A stretch of DNA of 36,905 nt from Verrucomicrobiales bacterium (GTDB lineage: Bacteria; Verrucomicrobiota; Verrucomicrobiia; Verrucomicrobiales; V1-33): assembly GCA_031411295.1 (NCBI GenBank), contig JANOAV010000200.1, positions 1-36,905 of the forward strand, in the 5' to 3' direction. The translations under genes were made by a program, and so were the position numbers. This document shows, in pieces, positions 17,321-25,380 of this stretch. The notes beneath the pieces are model-generated. The model did no database searches. It was not told the origin of the DNA and was given only the letters and a program-made list of their open reading frames with translations. Every line of letters begins with the position of its first letter. Position 1 is the first letter of the stretch.

Positions 17321-17794
17321 ATGGCAGAAACATTTTTTATTGCAGACGAAAGCGACGCTAGATCGTCGTTTGCATCGGTCCAAGATGCAATGGGGCTATT
17401 TTTCCTGCAAGCCAAGTTCTGGGATACTCCTACGCCTTCTTACTCACGCGATTTGGGAGAGTATGACAAGCTGTGCCGTTTTGGCCTTAGGTTTGTGGTG
17501 GCGGAGTCAGCCGATGCTTTACGATTGGAAAAGCGTCAAATTGAAGGTCGGGAGAAGTGGACATTTGACGCATCCATCACAGGGTGGCTTATACTTGAAC
17601 CGGGAGGCCTTTTGGAAAGGCATGGAGAGAGTGAGTGGCGCATAGGGGCAATAAGGTCTAACCTTTCCGATAACCAAGAAAGAGAGCTCTATACAAAATT
17701 TAAAAAATACTGGCTGAGGGGTTACAAGCCGGGTAAGAACAGAATCAAATTCGGGCCGTCGGCGGCACAATCCTTGAAGCACTATTTTGAGTAA
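17321..17794 (+). CDS. Hypothetical protein, orphan immunity-protein-like
   Basis: Lower GC than neighbours with AT-rich flanks. PGG...G.I.S...ELY..FKK...FGPSA pattern recalls immunity proteins downstream of polymorphic toxins (unverified recollection). Confidence 0.55.
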   Translation: MAETFFIADESDARSSFASVQDAMGLFFLQAKFWDTPTPSYSRDLGEYDKLCRFGLRFVVAESADALRLEKRQIEGREKWTFDASITGWLILEPGGLLERHGESEWRIGAIRSNLSDNQERELYTKFKKYWLRGYKPGKNRIKFGPSAAQSLKHYFE

Positions 17795-17830
17795 CTGGCG
17801 GGGAAATCTAAGAGCCTGTTGAAAAACCTT

Positions 17831-17863
17831 AGATTTTACAATTAGACAAGATTTCACAATTAG
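17831..17863. repeat. Tandem 15-bp direct repeat, period 18
   Basis: agattttacaattag (17831-17845) and agatttcacaattag (17849-17863), 14/15 identical. Confidence 0.7.
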
Positions 17864-18019
17864 GCGGCAAGTAGTCTGCGGCAGGGCTTTCCATCATCCG
17901 CAGGTGCTACCGCCGATCATGGCAACGGAGTCACCAGCGATTCCCGATACCTTTTCCTGCTGCCGGCATGCCTCGCCTCATCTCGCCTTGCGTTAAGGTT
18001 TATCTGGCTATGCTGCACC

Positions 18020-18928
18020 ATGCTCTCATCTGGAAAAGGTTCGATTCGACTCTTCAATCTGCTTGGTATCACGGTATTCCTTCATTGGTCGTGGTTCTTG
18101 GTAGCCGTGGTGGAAATCCAAAATCGGGCGGACCGGTATTCTTCCATGAATTGGAATCTGATCGAATATGTCTCGTTGTTTGTGATCGTGTTGCTGCATG
18201 AGTTCGGCCACAGTCTGGCTTGTCGCCAAGTGGGAGGTGATGCGAATACGATCGTGCTCTGGCCGTTGGGTGGCATTGCCTTTGTCAAACCGCCGCAGCG
18301 GCCGGGAGCCACGCTCTGGAGCATCGCAGCGGGCCCGCTGGTGAATGTGGTTATTGCCATACTGCTGTGGCCCTTGCTGCGGCACGCTCAGGAATCCGGT
18401 TGGGATGAGACTATGCCAGATACGCTTAAGTGGATCACCGCAGTGTTCCAAATGAATGCTTTTCTTTTCATTTTCAACATGCTGCCAATTTACCCTCTGG
18501 ATGGCGGGCAAATTCTGCGCTCGCTCTTGTGGTTTGTGTGCAGTGCTGGGCGGAGCTTGCAGATTGCAGTCGTAGTCGGCTTTATTGGACTGGCGGGGTT
18601 GGCTTACTTTGCGGTGGCGGAGCAATCGTTCTGGCTGGGCATTCTGTGCTTTTTCGGAGCCACCCAATGTATTGCCGGATGGAAGTATGCGCAGATTCTG
18701 CTCAAGCTGGAATCAGGCCCGCGGTGGACGGATTATCACTGCCCGCACTGTCGGCAGTCACCGCTGCGGGAGGCACTGCTCCCGTGCCAAAATTGTGCCG
18801 AACCAATGGATCCATTTTTCACGAATGCGATTTGTCCGCACTGCCTGCATCGTCATGAGGTCACGGCCTGCATCACCTGCCACCAGACTGCTCCCTTCGA
18901 AGCTTGGTCCCAGCAGCCGAAAAGCTAA
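18020..18928 (+). CDS. Site-2 protease (peptidase M50) with C-terminal Cys-rich domain
   Basis: HEFGH zinc motif, AAGPLVN, FNMLPIYPLDGGQ, multiple TM helices; tail has CPHC, CQNC, CPHC, CITC. Confidence 0.93.
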   Translation: MLSSGKGSIRLFNLLGITVFLHWSWFLVAVVEIQNRADRYSSMNWNLIEYVSLFVIVLLHEFGHSLACRQVGGDANTIVLWPLGGIAFVKPPQRPGATLWSIAAGPLVNVVIAILLWPLLRHAQESGWDETMPDTLKWITAVFQMNAFLFIFNMLPIYPLDGGQILRSLLWFVCSAGRSLQIAVVVGFIGLAGLAYFAVAEQSFWLGILCFFGATQCIAGWKYAQILLKLESGPRWTDYHCPHCRQSPLREALLPCQNCAEPMDPFFTNAICPHCLHRHEVTACITCHQTAPFEAWSQQPKS

Positions 18929-18929
18929 C

Positions 18930-18963
18930 AAAAAGCCCGTGACGGTTGGGACCGCCACGGGCT
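18930..18963 (-). terminator. Rho-independent terminator (possibly bidirectional)
   Basis: Minus strand agcccgtggcggt-ccca-accgtcacgggct followed by a T-run; lies between convergent genes. Confidence 0.75.
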
Positions 18964-18990
18964 GGAGTTTTTGCGGAAACTAGCGTCCGG

Positions 18991-20370
18991 TTAGACTTTC
19001 CACTTCCCACGATACTCGCGGGTCAGTTCTTTGGCGTTCACGGCATCGCCCACGAGCACATTTTTGACCGGATCCCATTTGAATTCCTTTTCCGTGCGAT
19101 AAGCAATATTCATGAGGTGGCAGGCGATAGCGCTGCCGCCACCGATGATTTCGTTGGTGTTGGGCTTTTTGCGCTGACGCACGCAGTCTAGGAAATCCGC
19201 CAGGTGATTGGTGCTCTTGTAGAGTTTGATCTTGGCATCCTTCAAGAATTCGCGCTCGGCCTTCATGTATTGGCTTTCGACGCTGACCTTGTCTTCAGGA
19301 TCAGACTTTTTGGCGAAGACCTGACCTTTGAGCACCAGTTCGAACTTGCCGCGATTCACTTTTACCACGCCATCACTGCCGTAGAAATAGACCCCATAGC
19401 CATCGGGATCCCCGCCGTCAGCGTGGTTCACCACGATGCCATTGGCATAGGTCATCTCACAATGACGCAGTTTTAGATTCTTCTTATTCGCGAAGGCTTC
19501 TTTGCAGCCTGCTGGTGGCTTGATGGAGACTGGACCGTTGCCGTCCATGCCAAGGCCCCACTGGGCGATATCAATGTGGTGAGCGCCCCAGTCGGTGACA
19601 TAGCCGCCACCGTATTCGGCATACTCGCGCCAGTTGGGGAAGTGGTTATGAATCCCCCGTGGTGACAGGATGGAATTGTATTTGGCTTCCGGCGCAGGGC
19701 CCAGCCAGCGATCCCAATCCAATCCGGGTTCGGCGGGTTCTTCTGGCAAATCGTTCGGACGCGGCGGGCCGTTGAACTGCACGGAGACTTTGGAAATCTT
19801 GCCGATGACGCCATTTTGCACCAACTCTGCGGCCACGCGGAATTCCTGCATGGAGCGCTGCATGGAGCCGGTCTGGAGCACGCGCTTTTCAGCTTTAACG
19901 GTCTCGATGACGGTGAGGGCTTCGTGGATGTTATGGGTTAGCGGTTTTTCACAATAGACATCTTTGCCAGCCTTCAGGGCGGCTACGGTAATGATGGCGT
20001 GCCAGTGATCTGGCGTGGCGATACAGACGGCATCGATGTCTTTACGAGCCAGCAACTCTTCGAAGTTGGCATAGGCTTCAGCCCCAGACCAGCCTTCGGG
20101 CTTGTTCTTGGAGTAATGCTCCACGATCCGATTCTTAGCGGCGTCCCGACGCGTGGTGTCCACATCACACACGGCCAGCGCGACGACGCCTTTTTGACCC
20201 AGGAAGCCACCGAGCAGGCCACCCATTTGCTTGCCACAACCGATGAAGCCCATGGTGATCTTGCTGCTGGGAGCCTCATCTGCACTCCAGACGGAGGATG
20301 GCAGAATAAATGGAGCTGCGCCCAAGGCAGCACCTTTGATAAATTGACGACGTGAGGGAGTTAGATTCAT
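18991..20370 (-). CDS. Gfo/Idh/MocA family oxidoreductase, Tat-exported
   Basis: SRRQFIK, FIGCGKQ, IATPDHWH, DVYCEKP, LDWDRWLGPAP, DWGAHHID. Confidence 0.94.
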   Translation of the reverse strand: MNLTPSRRQFIKGAALGAAPFILPSSVWSADEAPSSKITMGFIGCGKQMGGLLGGFLGQKGVVALAVCDVDTTRRDAAKNRIVEHYSKNKPEGWSGAEAYANFEELLARKDIDAVCIATPDHWHAIITVAALKAGKDVYCEKPLTHNIHEALTVIETVKAEKRVLQTGSMQRSMQEFRVAAELVQNGVIGKISKVSVQFNGPPRPNDLPEEPAEPGLDWDRWLGPAPEAKYNSILSPRGIHNHFPNWREYAEYGGGYVTDWGAHHIDIAQWGLGMDGNGPVSIKPPAGCKEAFANKKNLKLRHCEMTYANGIVVNHADGGDPDGYGVYFYGSDGVVKVNRGKFELVLKGQVFAKKSDPEDKVSVESQYMKAEREFLKDAKIKLYKSTNHLADFLDCVRQRKKPNTNEIIGGGSAIACHLMNIAYRTEKEFKWDPVKNVLVGDAVNAKELTREYRGKWKV

Positions 20371-20497
20371 ATATATTTAGTAAGCACGGTTATGTGACGG
20401 GGGGACCTTACGCATTCCTAGCGAAGGGGAAATGGTAATTTTGCCAGAGCGACTCCCGCTTTCGTGGAAAGCTGAGTTAACCCAATGCCAGACTGAA

Positions 20498-21271
20498 CTA
20501 AGGCGACTTAGCGGGAGGTGGCATCAGTTCCAGTTGCCATTTTTCCGCCGCTGCGGGGTCCTCGGTCCGGATCGCTTGGACGAGCACGGAGATGGCAGTG
20601 TTGCGAACTGGGCCCTTGGGGGCAGCCGCCAGGAACTCGCTGGCGGCGGTGGCATCTTTGGCGATCCAGGCTTTGAATGATTGCTCCAACGCGGCGGTCG
20701 TTTGCTGATGAATCGGTAATTGCATCAGCCATTGGTGGGCCGAGATGGGATCGATGCCACTCCAAGCTTGGGCCAATGGCGCGAGATGTTCCCATTGTTT
20801 CTGCGAGAGCCCGGTGGCCAGTTTTGCGATATAGAATGCTTTCTCGTGTCCGTCCGTTTCGTAGGTCGTGACCCACCGCACGGCGGCAGGTAAATTCGTC
20901 AAGACCCAGCCATCGAGGACCGCTAACGTGCTGGGAGTAATCTGGCTTTCTTCCACCGTCTGGGCAAAAGCCACCGCAGCCGCGCCATCGTGCTGCCCCC
21001 AGCCACGGAAAAACTCACTGGTGAGGGCGGCTTGCTCTGCGGTCAATAAGGTGCCCGACTTGGCCTGGGATTGCAGCGCCTTGGTCAACTCTTCGTAGTC
21101 TTCCAGCGCGAATGGTTTTGTTGGAGGCGGGCTGGGAGCAGGTGCCGCGGGAACGGTTGCCGCCGGGCTCTTCGGGGCCGGAGTTTGGTTGCGCTCACAA
21201 CTGATGAGGCAAGGAAAAGCCAGGAACAGTGACCAGGACGCGAAGGAACGGAGCAATGGAAGCGATCTCAC
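20498..21271 (-). CDS. Hypothetical lipoprotein with DPxAAxxW helical repeats
   Basis: Lipobox-like LISC, Pro-rich linker, repeats WGQHDGAAAV, NLPAAVRW, DPISAHQW, WIAKDATAASEF, EDPAAAEKW. Confidence 0.75.
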   Translation of the reverse strand: MRSLPLLRSFASWSLFLAFPCLISCERNQTPAPKSPAATVPAAPAPSPPPTKPFALEDYEELTKALQSQAKSGTLLTAEQAALTSEFFRGWGQHDGAAAVAFAQTVEESQITPSTLAVLDGWVLTNLPAAVRWVTTYETDGHEKAFYIAKLATGLSQKQWEHLAPLAQAWSGIDPISAHQWLMQLPIHQQTTAALEQSFKAWIAKDATAASEFLAAAPKGPVRNTAISVLVQAIRTEDPAAAEKWQLELMPPPAKSP

Positions 21272-21288
21272 AAGTAAAGAGCGTAGAG

Positions 21289-22440
21289 TTAAGGTGCCGC
21301 TTTGGGAGGATTGGCGGCCAGAGCTTCGAGTTGCTGCTTAACTTCAGGAGGCGCGGGCGCTTCGGCCAGTTTGAGTTTAGGGTCAGCTCCAGCCTGCACC
21401 CACCACGTTAGGACCGCCTGTTCCGCCGGCTCCACCTGAGGTTTCTTGGCGGGCGGCATGTGGTCCTCGTCTTCGAGGGGAAGTTTGAGGCGCAGGAGGG
21501 ATTCGCTGGAGTTAGGATCGGCCGGCACAATGGAGACCTTGTCACTTTCTCCCTTGGCCAACATGGCGGCATGACTGTCGAGCCGTAATTTACCCTTCTG
21601 CTTTTCCGGGCCATGACAGGCGACACACCGCACCTCCAGGATGGGAAGGATCACGGCCTCGAGCACCGTTCGTTCGCCCAAGGGCAGGGAGGAACTCAGC
21701 GTTGTCGCTTTCTGCGGAACCGGCCGTTCTTTCCATGGCAGATGGTCTAAGATTTCGCCATGAGTCAGGGTGGCCCCCAAGTGCCCAGCCACCGCCACGC
21801 TGGCCATGGCCCCGAAGACCGCCACGCGGTAAAAAAGCGTATGAACTTCGGGTTTACGGAGAAACAACACCAGAGCCAACCAAGAGAAGACGCCCACCGC
21901 CAAGCCCGAGTAAAAGTGGCGCGTGAGGGTCACTCCTTCATTATGATCGAGGGCCCAGCATTGCCCCGCCACGATCCCGGCAGCGCAAGTTAGTAAATTC
22001 AGCCACAGCAGAATCCGCAGAGCGTGGGTGTGTTTGGCTCCACCCAAGATACCGAGCACGAAAATGCCGGTCACCCAGGCGACGGGATAGTGCGCGAAGA
22101 GCGGGTGCATTTCCCCGATAAATTGCACCCATCTTGACAGCCCCGCTGGCACGGGCGCGGACCGGAGCCAGTAAACCAGCGCAGCCGCAACCAAGACAAT
22201 AAGCGTGGAGATGAGGGTTCCGGCGGTGGCGGTGGCAGCGGAACGGGAATTATCAGTGGTGGCAAGGTCTGGCTTCATAGTGATGGGCTGGGTGGTGCGT
22301 CCGGTTTCCCGGCTGGTCGCTGGATCTGGCGGAGTAATGAGGAATTTGGCCCCGCAGTTGGAACACAGACCCTTCTGCCCGATGAGGGCTTCGGTCACAT
22401 CGAACGGGGTCCGACAAATGGGACAGTGGGTGCGCGTCAT
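21289..22440 (-). CDS. Membrane protein: N-terminal zinc ribbon + DUF2231-like TM domain + planctomycete-type monoheme cytochrome c
   Basis: CPIC..CSNC; HPLFAHYP, RH and GHLGATLTHG in the TM region; ILEVRCVACHGPEKQKGKLRLD and DHMPP. Confidence 0.85.
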   Translation of the reverse strand: MTRTHCPICRTPFDVTEALIGQKGLCSNCGAKFLITPPDPATSRETGRTTQPITMKPDLATTDNSRSAATATAGTLISTLIVLVAAALVYWLRSAPVPAGLSRWVQFIGEMHPLFAHYPVAWVTGIFVLGILGGAKHTHALRILLWLNLLTCAAGIVAGQCWALDHNEGVTLTRHFYSGLAVGVFSWLALVLFLRKPEVHTLFYRVAVFGAMASVAVAGHLGATLTHGEILDHLPWKERPVPQKATTLSSSLPLGERTVLEAVILPILEVRCVACHGPEKQKGKLRLDSHAAMLAKGESDKVSIVPADPNSSESLLRLKLPLEDEDHMPPAKKPQVEPAEQAVLTWWVQAGADPKLKLAEAPAPPEVKQQLEALAANPPKAAP

Positions 22441-22526
22441 GAATTTTAGGGGGCGGTTTTACGGTAGTGAACTTGCAGCGGATGGCCAGTGACAATCCAT
22501 GCATTATGGGTGATTCAAAGCGGGAC

Positions 22527-23651
22527 TCATGTTAAATGCAATCTGGAACCTTCCGCGCCAGCGGACGCCCATGCGGGCAGGCGGACTGATGCCACCAAGC
22601 GGTCCGCGCGGGCTTCCACCCTGGCCGCAAACTGGCGGCAGGCGGCGGCTTCCTCGGCCGCGTCGTAGCGCAGCCCATTGATGAGCGCCACTTGAGCGCA
22701 TCGTCGCTGCGCCTCAGCGGCGTGTTTGGCATAGAGTGGCTCCAGCGTGAGGCCGACAGATTCCCAGCGCGAGGCCTCCAGCAGCACATCGATGATATCA
22801 TCCGCCGCATCCAGCAAACAGGGTTTGGCGTCTGCGGCCTCCAGCGGTTGGTGACGGTGATCGTAGCGTTCGCAGAGATCCACCTGACACATTTCTCCGC
22901 TGCCCAAAAGTTGCGGTAACTCCAAGAGCATGGCCGTTTCCAACCCCCAGCGCGGATGCACGTGGAGTTGCCGAGCCAGCGCGGCATCGAGGGCGATCTC
23001 GCCCGCCAACGGATAGCGCCACGCGGCCAGTTGCGCCCATTGCGGATCTTCCGGCTGACGTTCCCCCAAGGCAGTCACCAGCGGATGGAACAACAGGCGC
23101 GTCAGCCGACCATGGAGCCGGTCTGAAAATCTGGCGTAGTAACCTTTCGCAAAACGATACCCAAACTCCGGGCGCGCCACTGGCGTCACCAGCCGCAGGA
23201 GCGCTTCCGGATCGTAGGGGGAAATATCGCAATCCTGGAGGGCTATCACCTCCGTGTCTGATTGCGCCAACAGCCATCCCAGACAGCGCCAAACGTTCAG
23301 TCCTTTGCCGGGCACCATGGATGCGGAAATCCCAGATGGCAGCGGATGCTGCGACCAATTCAGCACCGTCGTTTCCTGGGGAAAATCAGCCAACAGCGCC
23401 TCAGCCGTAGCCGCATCCTCCGTGGTGCCCGCGTCCAAGCCCACCACGATGCGTGCCAGCCACGTCATTTCCCGCAGTGCCGGCAGCATGACTTGGAAGG
23501 CGTTTGCATGCAGATCGCGCGCATGACAAGGCAGCACTAGCGACACCTTGCGCGCCCCATTTCCGGGCTGCAATGCCTCCGCCAGTGATGCGGCCTGACC
23601 AGCCACCAAACGATGTAACGTGGGAATCTCTCCCTGCCAAAAATCTGCCAT
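22527..23651 (-). CDS. Glucosyl-3-phosphoglycerate synthase-like GT-A glycosyltransferase
   Basis: MADFWQ..IPTLH, IVVGLD, GKGLNVW, DCD (DxD), KGYYARFSDRLHGRLTRLLF.PL, YPLAGE, WGLE, YDHRHQ. Confidence 0.8.
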   Translation of the reverse strand: MADFWQGEIPTLHRLVAGQAASLAEALQPGNGARKVSLVLPCHARDLHANAFQVMLPALREMTWLARIVVGLDAGTTEDAATAEALLADFPQETTVLNWSQHPLPSGISASMVPGKGLNVWRCLGWLLAQSDTEVIALQDCDISPYDPEALLRLVTPVARPEFGYRFAKGYYARFSDRLHGRLTRLLFHPLVTALGERQPEDPQWAQLAAWRYPLAGEIALDAALARQLHVHPRWGLETAMLLELPQLLGSGEMCQVDLCERYDHRHQPLEAADAKPCLLDAADDIIDVLLEASRWESVGLTLEPLYAKHAAEAQRRCAQVALINGLRYDAAEEAAACRQFAARVEARADRLVASVRLPAWASAGAEGSRLHLT

Positions 23652-23709
23652 AATTCAGACCCACCGAAGCACAATCCCCTCGCGACACCAACGGGAAAAG
23701 CGCGTGAAT

Positions 23710-24543
23710 TCAAAAGTCCATCGGCAGCCCAAGGGATTCCATGCGCGTTACTTCCAGATCCATCGCCTTGAGTTTTTTTCGAATCTTATCGATGGCATAT
23801 TTTCCCAGGAACAATCGCATCGGCGGATCGTCCATGCCCGCCAGCGCCAGCATCGCCTGCGCCGCCTTGGCCGGATCTCCCGGCTGCCGACCATCGATGC
23901 GTTTAAGCAACGCGCCAAACGCCCCGCTGGTGCGGGCGTAGTCCTCCAACACCGACGATCCCGTCTCCACATTCCGGCTAATAAAATCCGTGCGGAAGGG
24001 TCCAGGATGCACCACGGAAACTTTGATCCCCAGCGGAGCCAGTTCAGCCCGCAGGGCCTCCATGGCTGAATCCATGGCTGCCTTGGCCCCGCCATAGACA
24101 CTGAATCCAGCGTCATTGCAGAGGGCCGCAATGGCGCCAACATGGATTATCCGTCCCGAGCGTTGGGCCCGCAGGAGCGGCAGGGCAGCACGAATCACCT
24201 GAAGTGGTCCCGTGAAATTTATGGCCAGACTCCGCGCCATCTGCCCTTCGTCATATTCCTCCAAGGCTCCCACCAAACCATAGCCGGCATTGTTCACCAA
24301 CACATCCAACCCATCCCACAACGCGGCCGCTTCCTTGATCGCATCGCGAATAGAGGCACCATCCGTCAAATCCATCTCCAGCGCCTGAAAGTTAGTCGGG
24401 TGCGCGGCTGACAGATCCGCCACGTGAAACAAATCCCGCACTGTGCCAATGACGCGATTTCCCGCCTGGAGGGCAGCTTCGGCCAGGGCTCGGCCGAAGC
24501 CAGTAGAGACGCCAGTGATAAACCAAATTTGGGCAGCGGACAT
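23710..24543 (-). CDS. Short-chain dehydrogenase/reductase
   Basis: WFITGVSTGFG, DVLVNNAGYG, YGGAK catalytic YxxxK, PGPFRT. Confidence 0.95.
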   Translation of the reverse strand: MSAAQIWFITGVSTGFGRALAEAALQAGNRVIGTVRDLFHVADLSAAHPTNFQALEMDLTDGASIRDAIKEAAALWDGLDVLVNNAGYGLVGALEEYDEGQMARSLAINFTGPLQVIRAALPLLRAQRSGRIIHVGAIAALCNDAGFSVYGGAKAAMDSAMEALRAELAPLGIKVSVVHPGPFRTDFISRNVETGSSVLEDYARTSGAFGALLKRIDGRQPGDPAKAAQAMLALAGMDDPPMRLFLGKYAIDKIRKKLKAMDLEVTRMESLGLPMDF

Positions 24544-24615
24544 AAGTTCAAACGGTATTTAAAGTAATCGGCTACCAAACGAAACTCGGCCCGTTAAGGA
24601 TGCTGCCAACAGGAT

Positions 24616-25080
24616 TTAAACCTCACACCGCAACACCCCATCCGTCAGCACCTGCGCCCGGAGGCCGCCCCGCCCCTTGAGCGCAGCTTCGGCACCCGGG
24701 GCAAAGGCCAAATTCATCCACTCGCAGGGCGAACACTCAGCCATCCCGCGGAACTGCACCCCCTGCACCGTGAATTCCTTTCCGATCAACGTATTCAGGT
24801 CCACTCCGGAAACAACAATGTTGCGCCGAAACACTCCCGGCCCCAGATCCGTCACCTCAAATTGGCTCGCCACAGACTCATACACCTCTTGGGAAAAGAA
24901 GGTCACCTGACCTTTGTAATCCTGTTTGTAATCGAAGAATCGATCCCCCACAATCCCCCGCCCCGTCACCACCTCCACCTCCGGCACCTCCACCAACGGA
25001 GCCTCTCCGGGGGCTTTACCGTAGTGTCCAAAGTAATTGTGTTCTGGGGAAATATAGATAGCGCGAACCGTTAATTGCAT
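24616..25080 (-). CDS. MOSC domain protein (sulfur-carrier-like)
   Basis: GRGIVGDRF, QVTF, FRRNIVVSGVDL, CSPCEWM, GRGGLRAQVL. Confidence 0.9.
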   Translation of the reverse strand: MQLTVRAIYISPEHNYFGHYGKAPGEAPLVEVPEVEVVTGRGIVGDRFFDYKQDYKGQVTFFSQEVYESVASQFEVTDLGPGVFRRNIVVSGVDLNTLIGKEFTVQGVQFRGMAECSPCEWMNLAFAPGAEAALKGRGGLRAQVLTDGVLRCEV

Positions 25081-25175
25081 GGTTCACCCTAGTAGCAGGA
25101 ATCCAACCTGCAACCCCCCGGGAGCCCAAAAAAGGAGGGTGGCGCAGCTCAGAGGTGGCGGATTTTTTGCGCGAA

Positions 25176-25248
25176 GGTGGACACGCGCTGCTGCGCGTGT
25201 CTCATATCGGGGGAGTGACCCACTAACGCGCAGCAGCGCGTTACCACC
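25176..25248. repeat. Inverted REP doublet with GTGG feet
   Basis: GGTGG-ACACGCGC-TGCT-GCGCGTGT (+, 25176-25200) and GGTGG-TAACGCGC-TGCT-GCGCGTTA (-, 25248-25224). Confidence 0.8.
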
Positions 25249-25380
25249 GCATGATCGGTTGAGAATCAAAATATGACCGTGCAAGAATCCGCCCTGCGGC
25301 CTCCCCCACCCTCATTAAATTTCCTTGGCAAGCGCCCGTGATTTGCTGTAACCCATGCGCAGCGATTCGCCCCACGTCCT

